Below the pieces are notes generated by a model. That model had not been told where the DNA came from and searched no databases. It saw only the letters and a program-made list of their open reading frames with translations. A DNA stretch of 64,000 nucleotides from Anaerolineae bacterium. Its GTDB lineage: Bacteria; Chloroflexota; Anaerolineae; SpSt-600. Within the stretch, counting starts at the first letter, position 1; each line of letters opens with the position of its first letter. Position numbers and translations under genes: made by a program. Location of the stretch: NCBI GenBank assembly GCA_042408195.1, contig JBHOQL010000067.1:11579-75578 (forward strand), given 5' to 3'. Positions 46,810 to 55,690 of the stretch are shown piece after piece.

Positions 46810-48321
46810 ATGGGGTTTCCTATACTCTCAGCCATAACCTTTACCCCGGCGATCGGAGCGTTGATCCTCCTTTTCTTCCCGAAGGAAAAAGTAAAGCTCA
46901 TCAGGTGGTTTGCTATAGGTGTAAGTCTTATACCCTTAGCTCTTTCAATCTACCTCTGGCTTGCCTACAATCAAGCCGAAGGTGGAATCCAGTTCGTAGA
47001 GCGCCGCCTCTGGATACCTGCCATCAACGTCTGGTACCACGTAGGCGTCGACGGGATAAGTGTGCCCATGGTCTTCCTAACCTCCCTCCTTTCAACCCTG
47101 GGCTACTTCTATTCGGCCTACACCATCCACGAGCGAGTTAAGGAATACTACTTCCTGTTCCTCCTGCTTCAGACCGGAATGTACGGGGTCTTTGTGGCGC
47201 TGGACTTTGTCCTCTTCTATGTGTTCTGGGAGGTCGGCCTTGTCCCGATGTATCTTCTCATCGGGGTGTGGGGTGGAAAGCACCGCGAGTATGCGGCTAT
47301 AAAATTCTTCCTCTACACTTTAGCTGGAAGCGTCTTCATGCTTCTGGCCATCCTCGGGATTTATTTCACCACTGGAAGCTTTGACATCCTAAAGGCAGCT
47401 GAAGTGCACCCCTTCGCCGATAACTTCACGCTGGCCAGCCTGGCCTTCTGGGCTTTCTTTATCGCCTTTGCCATAAAGGTCCCAAGCTTCCCCTTCCACA
47501 CCTGGTTGCCCGATGCACACACTGAGGCCCCCACTGCCGGCAGCGTTATCCTGGCCGGCATCTTGCTGAAGCTGGGCTGCTACGGCCTCCTCCGGATAGT
47601 CCTGCCCATATTTCCTGAACCCTTCAGGTTCTACGCTCCTATTGTAGCTGTTCTCGGGCTCATAAGTATAGTTTATGGCGCCTTCGTATGTATGGCTCAG
47701 TGGGACCTCAAGCGCCTCATCGCTTATTCATCGGTGGCCCACATGGGTTACGTTGTTCTGGGGATCGCAGCGGCGGCCGCCAGCCTCAATTTCAACCATC
47801 CCGCCTATAGGGAAAGCTCAGCCATAGCCCTTAATGGTGCCACAATGCAGATGTTCAACCACGGCATCATAACAGGTGGCTTGTTCTTCCTGGTAGGCAT
47901 GATTTACGAACGGGCTCATACCAGAGACCTCAAAGTTTTCGGAGGCCTCGGAGCAAAACTCCCCTATTACTATGCTGTGGTGATGATCACCGGATTGGCC
48001 TCCCTTGGCCTACCTGGTCTTGCTGCGTTCTGGGGCGAGTTCTTGGTGTTCAGGGGCGCTTTCCACATAATCCCGTACATTGCCGCTTTCGGCGTCTTAG
48101 GCGTGGTGGCCACGGCTGGATACATCCTGTGGAAAGTGGTGCAGTTCATGTTCCTGGGACCTTTCAACGAGGAGAAATGGGGGCACCTCACCGATATGGA
48201 GACTTTTGAGAAAATAACCATGTGGCCGCTGTTGCTTTTCATGGTAGGTTTCGGCCTCTATCCCGCACCTTTGCTCAACATAATCAATACTGCTACAACT
48301 GCCCTCATGAGCAAACTGTGA
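46810..48321 (+). CDS. nuoM: NADH-quinone oxidoreductase subunit M
   Basis: 503 aa. HTWLPDAHTEAPTAGSVILAGILLKLG is an ND4 signature. Confidence 0.9.
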   Translation: MGFPILSAITFTPAIGALILLFFPKEKVKLIRWFAIGVSLIPLALSIYLWLAYNQAEGGIQFVERRLWIPAINVWYHVGVDGISVPMVFLTSLLSTLGYFYSAYTIHERVKEYYFLFLLLQTGMYGVFVALDFVLFYVFWEVGLVPMYLLIGVWGGKHREYAAIKFFLYTLAGSVFMLLAILGIYFTTGSFDILKAAEVHPFADNFTLASLAFWAFFIAFAIKVPSFPFHTWLPDAHTEAPTAGSVILAGILLKLGCYGLLRIVLPIFPEPFRFYAPIVAVLGLISIVYGAFVCMAQWDLKRLIAYSSVAHMGYVVLGIAAAAASLNFNHPAYRESSAIALNGATMQMFNHGIITGGLFFLVGMIYERAHTRDLKVFGGLGAKLPYYYAVVMITGLASLGLPGLAAFWGEFLVFRGAFHIIPYIAAFGVLGVVATAGYILWKVVQFMFLGPFNEEKWGHLTDMETFEKITMWPLLLFMVGFGLYPAPLLNIINTATTALMSKL

Positions 48322-48334
48322 AAGGAGGTCAGCC

Positions 48335-49807
48335 TTGAGCGCTGTGGACATTCTTTCCGCCTTTGCTCCGGAGATAGTCCTCTTCTTGGGAGGGCTGGTC
48401 CTTCTGGCTCTGGATATGGTTTGGAAGAGGATGAGGGGGGAGAGAGAGGCCACAATATTGGGCTTGGCACTGGCTTTCGTAATCCTATCCTTCATTTTTC
48501 TACTGGCCTTTGGCAAGGTCTTGGCTTCACCCGTGCTGGGGGTCCTAGCCTCCGACAGGTTTGCCCTCTTCTTCAAGGGGTTTGCCCTGGTAGGGACAGG
48601 GCTCGTCATCTTGTCTTCCTACCGGTACCTTGAAGGTTACACCCCTTACCGCGGAGAATTTTACGCCTTTCTCCTCCTGGTTGCTTTGGCCATAATGCTG
48701 GTCGTAGGGGCTGTGAACCTGCTAATGCTTTACCTGACTTTTGAATTCCTCAGCCTTACCTCTTACATACTGGTAGGCTACCTGAGGGAGGAGGGCAAGT
48801 CAAGCGAGGCTGCCATAAAGTATTTCCTCTACGGAATTACCGCTTCCGCCATGATGCTATACGGCATGTCGCTCCTCTACGGGGTTACCGGAACACTAGA
48901 TTTAACCAGGATAGGGCCAGCCCTAAGCAGAAGCGGAGTCGGCGGCTGGCTAGCTTTCCCTGCCATCGTGCTTCTCCTGGCAGGCTTCGGGTTCAAGATT
49001 GCCCTTGTTCCCTTCCACCAATGGTCTCCTGATACATACGAGGGCGCTCCCACTCCAGTGACTGCTTTCCTCTCGGTAGGGCCCAAGGCTGCCGGGCTGG
49101 CAGTGCTCATGAGGGTTTTCATAACAGCTCTTCCGGGATTCCAGCCGGAGTGGGCTGGAGTGTTGGCCGGCATTTCCATGGTAACCATGACTTTGGGGAA
49201 CTTGGTGGCTCTCCGCCAGGAGAACATCAAAAGGATGCTGGCTTACTCCAGCATCGCTCATGCCGGTTACATCATCATGGGCGTCGTGTGCATGGTGAGT
49301 GGAGTGACCAGTAACTTCACCGGCCTTAACGGGGTCCTTATCTACTTGATGGCTTACCTCTTTACCAACCTGGGGGCTTTCGCCGTGGTCATAGCGGTGG
49401 AAAGGGCTATCGGTTCCAACCGTATTTACGATTACGCCGGCCTCGTGAAGCGAGAACCCTTCCTGACCGGAGCCATGATCGTATTCCTCCTTTCCCTGAT
49501 CGGTATACCTGGGACTGGAGGATTTGTGGGGAAATTCTTCGTCTTTGGAGCAGCCATCCAGTTACAGTTCTACGTTCTGGCTTTAGTGGGGATAATAAAC
49601 AGCGTTATCTCGGCTTTCTACTATCTCAACGTAGTCAGGCATATGTTCTTCCTGCCCGGAGATGAAAGGCCGATCCAGGTTAGCCCCTCTCTCAAGTGGG
49701 TTGTATTGGTGAGCCTGATAATGGTCTTCGTAATTGGCCTTTATCCTCATCCCTTTATCTCCATAGGCACCGAAGCCGTCCAGGTGCTGGGTTCTACTTT
49801 GTTCTAA
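48335..49807 (+). CDS. nuoN: NADH-quinone oxidoreductase subunit N
   Basis: 490 aa with ND2-like composition. It is the last gene of the operon. Confidence 0.85.
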   Translation: MSAVDILSAFAPEIVLFLGGLVLLALDMVWKRMRGEREATILGLALAFVILSFIFLLAFGKVLASPVLGVLASDRFALFFKGFALVGTGLVILSSYRYLEGYTPYRGEFYAFLLLVALAIMLVVGAVNLLMLYLTFEFLSLTSYILVGYLREEGKSSEAAIKYFLYGITASAMMLYGMSLLYGVTGTLDLTRIGPALSRSGVGGWLAFPAIVLLLAGFGFKIALVPFHQWSPDTYEGAPTPVTAFLSVGPKAAGLAVLMRVFITALPGFQPEWAGVLAGISMVTMTLGNLVALRQENIKRMLAYSSIAHAGYIIMGVVCMVSGVTSNFTGLNGVLIYLMAYLFTNLGAFAVVIAVERAIGSNRIYDYAGLVKREPFLTGAMIVFLLSLIGIPGTGGFVGKFFVFGAAIQLQFYVLALVGIINSVISAFYYLNVVRHMFFLPGDERPIQVSPSLKWVVLVSLIMVFVIGLYPHPFISIGTEAVQVLGSTLF

Positions 49808-50366
49808 AAACCTGGCTGGTGGGCCCTTTCAATTCCAAAGGGATGCCGGCCACCATTAGGATAACCCGGTCTGCCCGGGCCGCCAACCACTGATTAACCT
49901 CTCCCAGCGCATCACGGTAAATCCTTCCGGAGGGATAAGGGGGCACTACCCCCATCCCTACTTCATTGGAAACGACGATGAGGACGGTTTTATGGGCTTT
50001 GCATAGATTCAGCACCGATTCCAGTTCCTCAACAGCCTGTGCCGTTAGGCGGTCTACCGTCGCCGATTCACCTTTCTCCATCATCAAGTTGGAAACCAGC
50101 AGAGTTAAACAATCCAGGATTGCCACTTTTGCCTCACTGATTACCTGCTCCAGGGCTTGCCCAATGCACGAGGTTACTTCCAGAGTACGCCAGTGGATTG
50201 GTCGGGTAGCCCGGTGGCGGGCTATACGCTCTGCCATCTCCTCATCTCCTGCTGTTGCCGTTGCGATGTAAACGACGGGTTCGCCTATTTCTTCGGCCAG
50301 TTTCTGAGCATATTTGCTCTTACCGCTGCGGACTCCCCCCAGGATAAGGATTACTTCTGATCCCAT
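49794..50366 (-). CDS. cobU: Adenosylcobinamide kinase / adenosylcobinamide-phosphate guanylyltransferase
   Basis: N-terminal P-loop ILILGGVRSGKS (compare S. enterica CobU ILVTGGARSGKS). 190 aa. Confidence 0.85.
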   Translation of the reverse strand: MGSEVILILGGVRSGKSKYAQKLAEEIGEPVVYIATATAGDEEMAERIARHRATRPIHWRTLEVTSCIGQALEQVISEAKVAILDCLTLLVSNLMMEKGESATVDRLTAQAVEELESVLNLCKAHKTVLIVVSNEVGMGVVPPYPSGRIYRDALGEVNQWLAARADRVILMVAGIPLELKGPTSQVFRTK

Positions 50367-51127
50367 CGCTCTATCCCCTCTAGCAAGGATAAAACCAAAT
50401 TAAGGGAAGGAAAGAAGTCTTCCGCTGAGAAGACCTCCAGCGTGATGACTCCCTCAAACTCCTGACGGACGACTTCGGCCAGGGAGGCACGGAGTGAATC
50501 GATGGGGGCCCAGAGGAGAGAAGCATGGTCGCGTTGGTTTACCCCATGGAGGTGAAGAACCCTTGCCCGTTTCAGATGGGTTTGGAGGATCGGGAGAGGG
50601 TCTGCGCCTGCCATCCAAAGGTGTCCTACGTCCAAGCACAAGCTCACGGGTATCTGATCCAGAATCGGGCTGACGTGTTCCAAGGGGCAGTTTTCCAGGT
50701 TTTCCACGGCCAGAACTTCTGGATTCCCAGTTTCCTCGGAGAGGAGTTTCAGGGCTTCGGTGCTCATCCTTTCCCAGGAGCTCTGATCCCCGGTTCTGCA
50801 TGGAGTGAGGTGGATAATGTAGGCCCATGGTTCCAAAGGGCGTGTGCGCTCGATCACCTGCCTGGCCTTTTCAACCGATTGAATCCACTTCCGACCTCGC
50901 GCTCCCAGTTCCAAGTCGGTGGGTAAGTGAACTGTGTAGGTCATTCCATAAACTCGAGCGATTCTCCGCAGTTCGCTTATCGTGTGAGCGTCGGGAAGGT
51001 TGCTGGCATCGGCCACCTCGAAGAGCACGAGTTCTACGTCTTCAACGATTCCCGCAAGCCGCTGCACGTTAGGAAGGATATCAGCTGGGTAGATGTAAGA
51101 AGTGGAGCCCAATCGGAATTTCACCAT
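50351..51127 (-). CDS. Xylose-isomerase-like TIM-barrel (AP endonuclease 2 superfamily) protein. It is a candidate CbiR-type cobamide-remodelling phosphoribosyl hydrolase.
   Basis: About 258 aa from the internal start MVKFRLGS. The ORF-track start at 51178 is an alternative. E...D.GH-type metal-site motifs are present (ENLENCPLEH, LDVGHLWMAG). It lies between cobS and cobU, and its start overlaps the cobS stop. Confidence 0.45.
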   Translation of the reverse strand: MVKFRLGSTSYIYPADILPNVQRLAGIVEDVELVLFEVADASNLPDAHTISELRRIARVYGMTYTVHLPTDLELGARGRKWIQSVEKARQVIERTRPLEPWAYIIHLTPCRTGDQSSWERMSTEALKLLSEETGNPEVLAVENLENCPLEHVSPILDQIPVSLCLDVGHLWMAGADPLPILQTHLKRARVLHLHGVNQRDHASLLWAPIDSLRASLAEVVRQEFEGVITLEVFSAEDFFPSLNLVLSLLEGIERWDQK

Positions 51128-51867
51128 ATTCTCTTTGCTGCCATAAGCAGAACGATTGCTGTTTCCACCAGCTCGCACAGAGCTCCGTAAACATCACCAG
51201 TGAACCCTGGGATGCGTTGCATCACCCATCGGGCGAATAGGACGGTAAAAAGCAAGGTGAGGGCAGAGGAAACCGCTGTTTCCATCGGATATACAAGGAA
51301 AAGAGGTATAAGCCACATCGTGGCCCCGGCCAAGCTGTGCCTGTCAGAGGCTCCTTTTATTGCCCTACCGATGCCGTTGACGCGAGCGGAGGGGTAGCAG
51401 ACCATCGCGTAAACCATCGCCCACCGGCCCAGGGTTGGGGCCAGAAGCAGGGCACTCTTGCCATCACTGGACAGGAAAGAGGCAAGGGAGGCGAATTTGA
51501 CCAGAAGCAGCGTTATTGCCCCGATCACCCCGAAAGCGCCCGTGTGGACATCTCGCAGGATTTCAAGCCTCGCCTCTGGTGTTTTGGCGGCAAGGAGTGC
51601 ATCACAGCAATCTACAAAGCCATCCAGATGGAGGGCTCCGGTTAGAGCTATCCAAAAGGCAAGGACGAGAGAAGCTTTTACTAAAGGGGCGAAAATCCAG
51701 CCGAGCAGCCAGTCGGTTCCAGCCAGTAACAGCCCTATAACTATCCCAGCGGCAGGGAAGGCCCACGAGGCTTTCCCCACTTCTGCAAGGCTAACTTCCC
51801 CCAGAGGAAGGGGTAGGCGGGTCAAGAAGTGCAATGCGACCAGAAGCGAGCGCAATTTCTGCAGCAT
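51121..51867 (-). CDS. cobS: Adenosylcobinamide-GDP ribazoletransferase (cobalamin synthase)
   Basis: 248 aa and polytopic. The N-terminus LTRLPLP and HLDGFVDCCDAL are CobS signatures. Confidence 0.85.
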   Translation of the reverse strand: MLQKLRSLLVALHFLTRLPLPLGEVSLAEVGKASWAFPAAGIVIGLLLAGTDWLLGWIFAPLVKASLVLAFWIALTGALHLDGFVDCCDALLAAKTPEARLEILRDVHTGAFGVIGAITLLLVKFASLASFLSSDGKSALLLAPTLGRWAMVYAMVCYPSARVNGIGRAIKGASDRHSLAGATMWLIPLFLVYPMETAVSSALTLLFTVLFARWVMQRIPGFTGDVYGALCELVETAIVLLMAAKRIW

Positions 51868-52925
51868 TATCTGGTCCTTTCCGAGACCCCGGCCTCAGCG
51901 AAGGTGGCCATTTCGTTCAAAATCTTGCAAGCAGCTTCCACCAGGTGCATAGCCAAGGCGGCTCCAGTCCCTTCTCCCAGCCGCATGTTCAGGTTCAGAA
52001 GGGGTTTTAAGCCTAAGTGTCGGAGCATAGCGCTGTGGCCTGGTTCTGCGGAGTTGTGCCCGGCGATGCAGTAAGCTGTCACGGTGGGAGCGATGGTCGA
52101 TGCGATGATGGCTCCGGCCGTGGAGATAAACCCATCCAGCACCACGGGGATACGGTTCGCTGCTGCTCCTAGCACTATCCCTGCGATCACGCCAATTTCA
52201 AACCCTCCTACTTTGGCCAGCAGGTCTATTCCGTCCTTGGGGTCGGGATTATTGACCTTCAGCGCCCGTTCTACTACCGCGATTTTGCGGGCCAAGCCTT
52301 CGGTGTCCAAGCCAGTGCCTCGGCCTGTGACTTCCGCCGGTGGCAGGCCGGTGACAGCTGAAGCGATTGCTGCCGCTGGAGTTGTGTTGGCGATACCCAT
52401 ATCCCCTGGCGCTACTAAGTCCAAACCCAGGGCTTTTTCCTCTTCAACGAGGGCTATCCCTGTTTCCAGCGCCTGGATAGCTTGCTCGCGGCTCATAGCG
52501 GGACCCAGAGCTATGTTACCGGTGCCATAGCCGAGCTTTCGGATCTTCAACCCTGGGTGAGGTTCCAGATCGGCAGCGACGCCTGCATCCACCACTACCA
52601 CCCGTGCACCTACGTGCCTGGCTAGGACGTTTATTGCAGCTCCTCCTCGCAGGAAGTTGTAAACCATTTGAGCGGTGACTTCCTGGGGATAAGCGCTTAC
52701 TCCTTCGGCTGCTACTCCGTGGTCTCCGGCCACAACTATTACAGCCTTGTGGCGGATTACTGGCCGAGGATTGCCTGTGATTCCGGCAACTTTCACCGAG
52801 AGTTCCTCTAACTCGCCCAGGCTTCCTTGGGGCTTGGTCAACTGGTCCTGGCGCTTCCTTGCCTCCTCCATGGCCGAAAGGGAAAGAGGACCGATTTTAG
52901 CGATGGTTTCCTGCAGGTATTTCAC
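51867..52925 (-). CDS. cobT: Nicotinate-nucleotide--dimethylbenzimidazole phosphoribosyltransferase
   Basis: The core reads LTKPQGSLGELEEL...VVAGDHGVAAEGVSAYPQEVT...VVVVDAGV. I chose a GTG start at 52925 with RBS GGAGG 5 nt upstream. The longer ORF-track version would overlap the upstream gene by 85 nt. Confidence 0.8.
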   Translation of the reverse strand: MKYLQETIAKIGPLSLSAMEEARKRQDQLTKPQGSLGELEELSVKVAGITGNPRPVIRHKAVIVVAGDHGVAAEGVSAYPQEVTAQMVYNFLRGGAAINVLARHVGARVVVVDAGVAADLEPHPGLKIRKLGYGTGNIALGPAMSREQAIQALETGIALVEEEKALGLDLVAPGDMGIANTTPAAAIASAVTGLPPAEVTGRGTGLDTEGLARKIAVVERALKVNNPDPKDGIDLLAKVGGFEIGVIAGIVLGAAANRIPVVLDGFISTAGAIIASTIAPTVTAYCIAGHNSAEPGHSAMLRHLGLKPLLNLNMRLGEGTGAALAMHLVEAACKILNEMATFAEAGVSERTR

Positions 52926-52927
52926 GG

Positions 52928-53860
52928 CTACCTCCTTTCGGTGAGAATTGAAATTCCGCAAATCCGGCAATGGTGGGAATTGGGAAGCATCCCGGCCCCG
53001 CAGTTTGGGCATGCGACCTGTCCAGGAACGGGGGTTGGAATCTCTCCCACTACTTCCCTGTAAATTCGATAGTAATATGGCTGATCAGCACTGATGAATT
53101 GGAAGGAAGCTGTCCGATCGGCCTCGGTTACCAGGCTTGCAACTTTTTCCCGAAGTCTAGCGAATCCTGACCCCACTTCTATAGGGCGTTTATCCTGCCA
53201 GCAGATTTTCGGAGGCAATTTGTTCTCAAAAGCCTTTCGCAGAATCCATTTCCCAAAGCGAACTCCGTTCTCTTCCCGGACTTTGAACTCAGGTGGGATG
53301 GCAAGAGCCGTCTCTACCACCCTTTGGTCCAGAAATGGCTGGCTAACTTTTATCCCGAACCAAGAACCGAGTTCGTTGGCCGAAAAAACCATCCGTTCTG
53401 AGAGCCAAGGGATATAAGTTGTCAGGTCCAGATCGAACATGTAGGAATATCCAGCGAAAAGCTCATCGGCACCATCGCCTGTCATAATGCTCTCAAACCC
53501 TCGCTCTTTAGCTTCAGTGAAGGCAAAGTAAAGGGCAAGGTCATTGGGCAAAGCAGGGTCGAAACTCCTCCTGATGCGTATGACTTCAGGGATGGCGGCC
53601 AGTGCTTCTTCTACTGATACTTCTCGCACTATCAAATCAAACCCAAAAGTTTCAGCCATGAGCCTGGCGTAAGGCAGGTCGCTGCCAGTTCCCTCCAGGG
53701 ATACGTGGATGGTGGAAATCGGGGATGCGATGGAAGCCAAAATGCTGCTGTCCAGGCCGCCGGAGAACAACAGTGCCTGGGCAGGGTGCTTTTTCACAGC
53801 CCCTTTAATGGTGGAGTGCAGCTCGTGGAGCATGGTTTCCATACACAAATCGTCAAGCAT
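52928..53860 (-). CDS. Asparagine-synthetase-like PP-loop ATP pyrophosphatase lacking the N-terminal glutaminase domain, with a C-terminal zinc ribbon
   Basis: The PP-loop is SGGLDSS and the AsnB-type motif is TGDGADELFAGY. The C-terminal CPNCG...HHCRICG is a likely Zn ribbon. 310 aa. Confidence 0.6.
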   Translation of the reverse strand: MLDDLCMETMLHELHSTIKGAVKKHPAQALLFSGGLDSSILASIASPISTIHVSLEGTGSDLPYARLMAETFGFDLIVREVSVEEALAAIPEVIRIRRSFDPALPNDLALYFAFTEAKERGFESIMTGDGADELFAGYSYMFDLDLTTYIPWLSERMVFSANELGSWFGIKVSQPFLDQRVVETALAIPPEFKVREENGVRFGKWILRKAFENKLPPKICWQDKRPIEVGSGFARLREKVASLVTEADRTASFQFISADQPYYYRIYREVVGEIPTPVPGQVACPNCGAGMLPNSHHCRICGISILTERR

Positions 53861-54635
53861 ATAGGTCAGGAAGGACCACAGGGCGGAGATTATCGGGCCT
53901 TGGGAGCACTACCAAGCTGCTGCCGTAGGCTTCTCGGAGCCTCTCTTGGCTTATAACCTCTTCCGGTAATCCCGTGGCCAGAATCCTCCCATTGGCCAGA
54001 AGAATAATTCTGTCGGAAAAGGAGGAAGCGAGGTTCAGATCGTGGAAGACAGCCAGGACAGCAAGCCCTTCCTCTTTTGCCAGTTTGCGGATGAGCCCCA
54101 AGACTGAGGCTTGATGGTGTATATCCAAATGGGCAGTAGGTTCGTCCAGAAGCAATATTCTGGGTTCCTGGGCTAGTGCCCTGGCCAAGATCACCATCTG
54201 GCGTTCCCCTCCCGACAATTCTCCTACCATGTTGTCCTTCAAATGCGATATCTTTACCCACTGCATGGCTTTCTGCACTGCTCTGATGTCTCTATCTCGG
54301 GCGATTCCGGGAAAGTTCAGATATGGCGTGCGGCCCAGGAAAATGCTCTCCCAAACGGAAAAGGTTGGGGGTATGTAAGCATCCTGCGGTACAAAGGCGA
54401 TTACTCGGGCAAGGTCTCTCCTCTTCCATTTCTGCAAGGGATGGCCCACGATTTCAATTTCTCCCCCTTGTAGCGGCAGGATGCCAGCTATGAGCTTGAT
54501 AAGGGTGGACTTGCCAGCACCGTTGGGACCTATGAGGCTTACTACCTCCCCCTCGGCTACACTAAGGCTTATCCCTTTGAGCACTGGCTTGCCATCGTAG
54601 CTGAACTGCACTCCCCTTACTACCAGTGGCAACAT
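53853..54635 (-). CDS. ABC transporter ATP-binding protein, BtuD/FecE-like (corrinoid or iron-chelate uptake)
   Basis: Walker A GPNGAGKST, signature LSGGERQM and Walker B LLLDEPTAHLD are present. I chose the internal ATG at 54635 (RBS GGAGGAA). The ORF-track N-terminal extension is unlikely to be real. Confidence 0.8.
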   Translation of the reverse strand: MLPLVVRGVQFSYDGKPVLKGISLSVAEGEVVSLIGPNGAGKSTLIKLIAGILPLQGGEIEIVGHPLQKWKRRDLARVIAFVPQDAYIPPTFSVWESIFLGRTPYLNFPGIARDRDIRAVQKAMQWVKISHLKDNMVGELSGGERQMVILARALAQEPRILLLDEPTAHLDIHHQASVLGLIRKLAKEEGLAVLAVFHDLNLASSFSDRIILLANGRILATGLPEEVISQERLREAYGSSLVVLPRPDNLRPVVLPDLYA

Positions 54636-54649
54636 GAAATTTCCTCCGA

Positions 54650-55690
54650 TTAAAATGGGAAAATCTCTTTCTTGTGGCGGCGAAGAAGGTAGAGGAAGAA
54701 GGGGGCTCCTAAGAAAGCGGTAACCACACCGATAGGCAGTTCCCTCGGAGCGAAAATCAGGCGTATGAACCCATCGGCCAGGATGAGGCATATAGCACCG
54801 AGAAGCCCGCTCATGGGCAAGAGGAAGCGGTAATCAGACCCCCACACAATTCGCACTATGTGGGGTATTATGAGCCCCACAAAACCTATTACTCCGCTCA
54901 CAGAAACAGCGGCGGCAGTGGCCAGGGACGCAGCAGCTATAACGATAAGCTTGACTTTTTCCACTTCCACACCCAGAGCCGTAGCTTGGTCCTCATCAAG
55001 CTGAAGGACGTTGAGGATATAAGAGTAATAGGCGATGACTCCGAAAGCCACAGCCATGTAAGGGATTACGGTCTTTATCTTGGGCCAGTCGGCCAGAGCC
55101 AAGCTGCCCATCAACCAGCCCAGCAGGTTGATAGTGTGAAAAGCTTCCCGAGCAGTGAACATAAAGAATGTAGTGGCCGATGAAAGCAGGGCCCCCACTG
55201 CTACCCCTGCCAAGATCAAAGTTGTCACTGGGGCTTTTCCTCCCACTCTGGCTAAGGAATAGATAGCAGCAGTGGCCAGCAGAGCTCCTCCGAAAGCAGC
55301 CAGCGATATGGCGTTCAGACCGCCCCAGGAAAAGCGCCAGATAAAATAAAGGGCCAGCGCAGCCCCGAAAGATGCGCCTGATGACACACCAAGAAGGTAA
55401 GGGTCGGCCAGAGGGTTGCGGAAAATAGCCTGATAAACAGCTCCAGCTACTGCCAAGGTCATTCCCACCATTCCCCCGAGCACAACCCGGGGGATGCGGA
55501 TCTGGAAAATTATCGTTTCCCAAGTGGCTGGTTCCCCGTTTGCTCCCAGCAGTATCCTTGCTACTGCCGAGAGGGGAATGCCAGCTGCTCCCCAGGTTAT
55601 GGCTATCAAACCGATCACTACCAAAAGGGAGGCGGCGACGGCTAGGGAAAGCCACCGCCGCCTCCTGAGGTTGAGTTTAACGGAAAGCAT
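54650..55690 (-). CDS. FecCD-family ABC permease, BtuC-like
   Basis: 346 aa with about 9-10 TM segments and FecCD-type composition. Confidence 0.8.
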   Translation of the reverse strand: MLSVKLNLRRRRWLSLAVAASLLVVIGLIAITWGAAGIPLSAVARILLGANGEPATWETIIFQIRIPRVVLGGMVGMTLAVAGAVYQAIFRNPLADPYLLGVSSGASFGAALALYFIWRFSWGGLNAISLAAFGGALLATAAIYSLARVGGKAPVTTLILAGVAVGALLSSATTFFMFTAREAFHTINLLGWLMGSLALADWPKIKTVIPYMAVAFGVIAYYSYILNVLQLDEDQATALGVEVEKVKLIVIAAASLATAAAVSVSGVIGFVGLIIPHIVRIVWGSDYRFLLPMSGLLGAICLILADGFIRLIFAPRELPIGVVTAFLGAPFFLYLLRRHKKEIFPF

